64,000 nucleotides of DNA from Neocallimastix sp. 'constans' (Eukaryota). The stretch lies in assembly GCA_050613775.1 (NCBI GenBank), contig JBODTK010000116.1, positions 62,001 to 126,000 of the forward strand. The letters are read 5' to 3'. This document shows, one piece after another, positions 61,820 to 64,000 of the stretch; positions within the stretch are counted from its first letter, which is position 1; each line of letters opens with the position of its first letter. A program made the translations under genes and the position numbers. Below the pieces are notes generated by a model, which was not told the origin of the DNA, did no database searches, and worked only from the letters and a program-made list of their open reading frames with translations.

Positions 61820-64000
61820 ATGATGGAAAACTATCTTAGAAAAATATCATTATTTAATAATGAGAAAGAAAATAAAATTTATCATTTTTTAAGCTACTTT
61901 ATTTTAGTACTTTTAATTTTAAAATCTTCAATAGCAGATGAAATTATTGTTAAAAATGAAGATGAATTTCAAACAGCTCTTCTTGGACTTAAAGGTGAAA
62001 GAACTATCATCATAAATGGTAAATTATTCTTTGATATGAAAAATGATTTTAAAGTGATGCCTCCAACAAATTATGGATCAATAATACTTAAAGGTATTAA
62101 TAAAGAAGAGTCAATTATCGATTTTAAGTATAGGAAATATGGTATTATTTTTGAAAATATTACATCAGTTGAAATTTGTGATCTTACATTTTATGGCCAT
62201 ATACAACTTATGAGGATAGAAGAGAGCGGTTATATTCATGATATTGATCATATGGGATTAACTGATACTAGAGGTGCAGAAAAAGGTGGTCAATATAAAT
62301 TTAAAAATTATAATTTTATTGCTAATGATCAAGACGCAAGAGCAAAATCAGTTCAACTGACTGGGGGTAATACATACATAGAAGATTCTCGTTTTGTAGG
62401 ATCTATTGGTTGCACGGAAAGTGTTGTTAGATACAATGGTAAAACTTTTGAGGAAAGAGAATTTCATGTAAAAAATTGTTTTTTTAATGGAAATCACTAC
62501 TGTAATGGAATGATTGTTCAAGAAGGAAATTTTTCACTTTATAATTCAAATTTTATTAATGGATATAATAAAAAGCAAGGGTAACTATGTCTTACTTTCT
62601 ACAAATTAATAATAATAATGATTATAATTATAATAGTAATAAAAGAAGTAGTAATAAGATAAAACTATTTAAATATAATTATCTATATAAAATTTTATAA
62701 ATAATAATAAAATGGGATGATAATATAATATAAATAATATAAAATATATAATTAAAATTTTCAGTAATTGTTATCAAAGAATTATGAAAAAAAAACTAAA
62801 TAAAAATAAAAATAAAAAAATAAAAATAAAATAAAAAAAAAAAAAGAAAATATTAAAATGGTTTTTAATAAAATTATTAATAAAAATTAATAATATTATA
62901 GAGGATTTATGACAGTTCGTGATTCCTATGCTATTATTAAAAATTGTACATATCGAAATGGATATACTCAAGCTTCTGGTGGTGTTTTCAATACATTAAA
63001 AAATTTATACTTTGAAGCAACAGATTTAGTAATATATAATACCACTGCATATGATTATGTATGATATTTTTTTTAAAAAAAAAAAAATTTATTTTTATTT
63101 GATAATTATTTAATAGTATAAATTAATATTTATATTTTTTTTAAAAAAAAAATAATAAAAACCAATGAAATCAACGTTAAAGATTATATTAAAAAATTTA
63201 TTATATTTATAAATATATATATTATGTATATATAAAGGCAAGTTTTTATTATGAAGATTCTAATAATTTAGATAATGTATCCGTTTTAAAAAATATAACC
63301 TATATAAATCTATGGAAAGAACATCCAAATTATGGAAGTGGTACAATTTTTAGGTAAGTATTATAAAAATAATAGTACTAATATTAATAATAATAATAAT
63401 AATAATAAAAACCATTGTTTATAATTCTATATATAATTTTATTTTTTTAAAAAAAAATAAAAAAAAAAAAATATACATGAAATAAAAAATAAAAATAAAA
63501 ATATATAAAATTAACAAATTTAATTTTTTATTATAGTCTTTATCGTAAATCTCATGTAATAATTAAAGATTTTTATAGTGAAGGTTTATATTGTGAGGTA
63601 TTAACTTGTTCTATGTTCCTTGTTAAACATCAATCAATACTTGAAATGGAGTAAAATTTTTATTATTTTTTTTTAACTTTTTTATTAATAAATACTTTTA
63701 TATATATATATATATATAACTATAAAATATATATATAATTACATGATATTTATATAAATAAATAAATAAATATATATATATTTTTTTTAAAAAAATTTTT
63801 TTTTTATATTCAATAATTTTTTTTTTTTAGAAATACATATGTGAAAAATATGCATGGTATTGAAGCTGGTCTTGTATTTTATCTGACATCTGACGAGAAA
63901 ACAAGTGATGACTTCGATATAGCACAAATTAAAGCAAATAATTGTACATTTGTTCATGTGGAACATGTAACATCTGGGGAAGCATCAGTAATTTGGAATA
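61820..64000 (+). CDS. 5' part of a multi-exon secreted/membrane protein with pectin-lyase-like/beta-helix repeats; exons 61820-62580, 62902-63058, 63238-63353, 63537-63650, 63831->64000
   Basis: Hydrophobic N-terminal segment, then IVKNEDEF, I.G..KE.SI.DF, repeated NC.F/NSNFING..GG and NCTYRNG...GG motifs. GT-AG junctions in frame. Runs off the window. Confidence 0.8.

Overview
Extremely AT-rich eukaryotic genomic DNA with GT-AG introns, long A/T homopolymers and fungal (CBM10-type) dockerin proteins. This is typical of an anaerobic gut fungus (Neocallimastigomycota); the taxon is inferred. Host genes: a secreted bacterial-type CotH kinase (1-5296), a CE6 esterase-ricin/CBM13-double-dockerin protein, an intronless GH13 alpha-glucosidase, a CAP-CBM18 protein, a 12-exon LRR-EGF-GPI surface protein missed by the ORF track, a 3-exon CotH-double-dockerin protein with a GGNNQW repeat insert, and the 5' part of a multi-exon beta-helix-like secreted/membrane protein. 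Two decayed pseudogenes (CBM18-type, PI-PLC-type) are also present. Mobile DNA: a very young gag-only LTR element (387-bp LTRs, tRNA-Ala PBS, AATT TSD) that splits the first CotH gene; a tRNA-Val-derived SINE with a 14-bp TSD; and a ~9.5-kb head-to-tail stack of LINEs, including one intact 1387-aa APE-RT-CCHC ORF. The most striking signal is a 28-nt motif (AGAGCGTCGACGYCGWAMYGRTAWGGCA) shared by the SINE and the LINE copies. It sits exactly where homology between elements starts or stops, which suggests a modular 3'-tail exchange point or an RT recognition signal.
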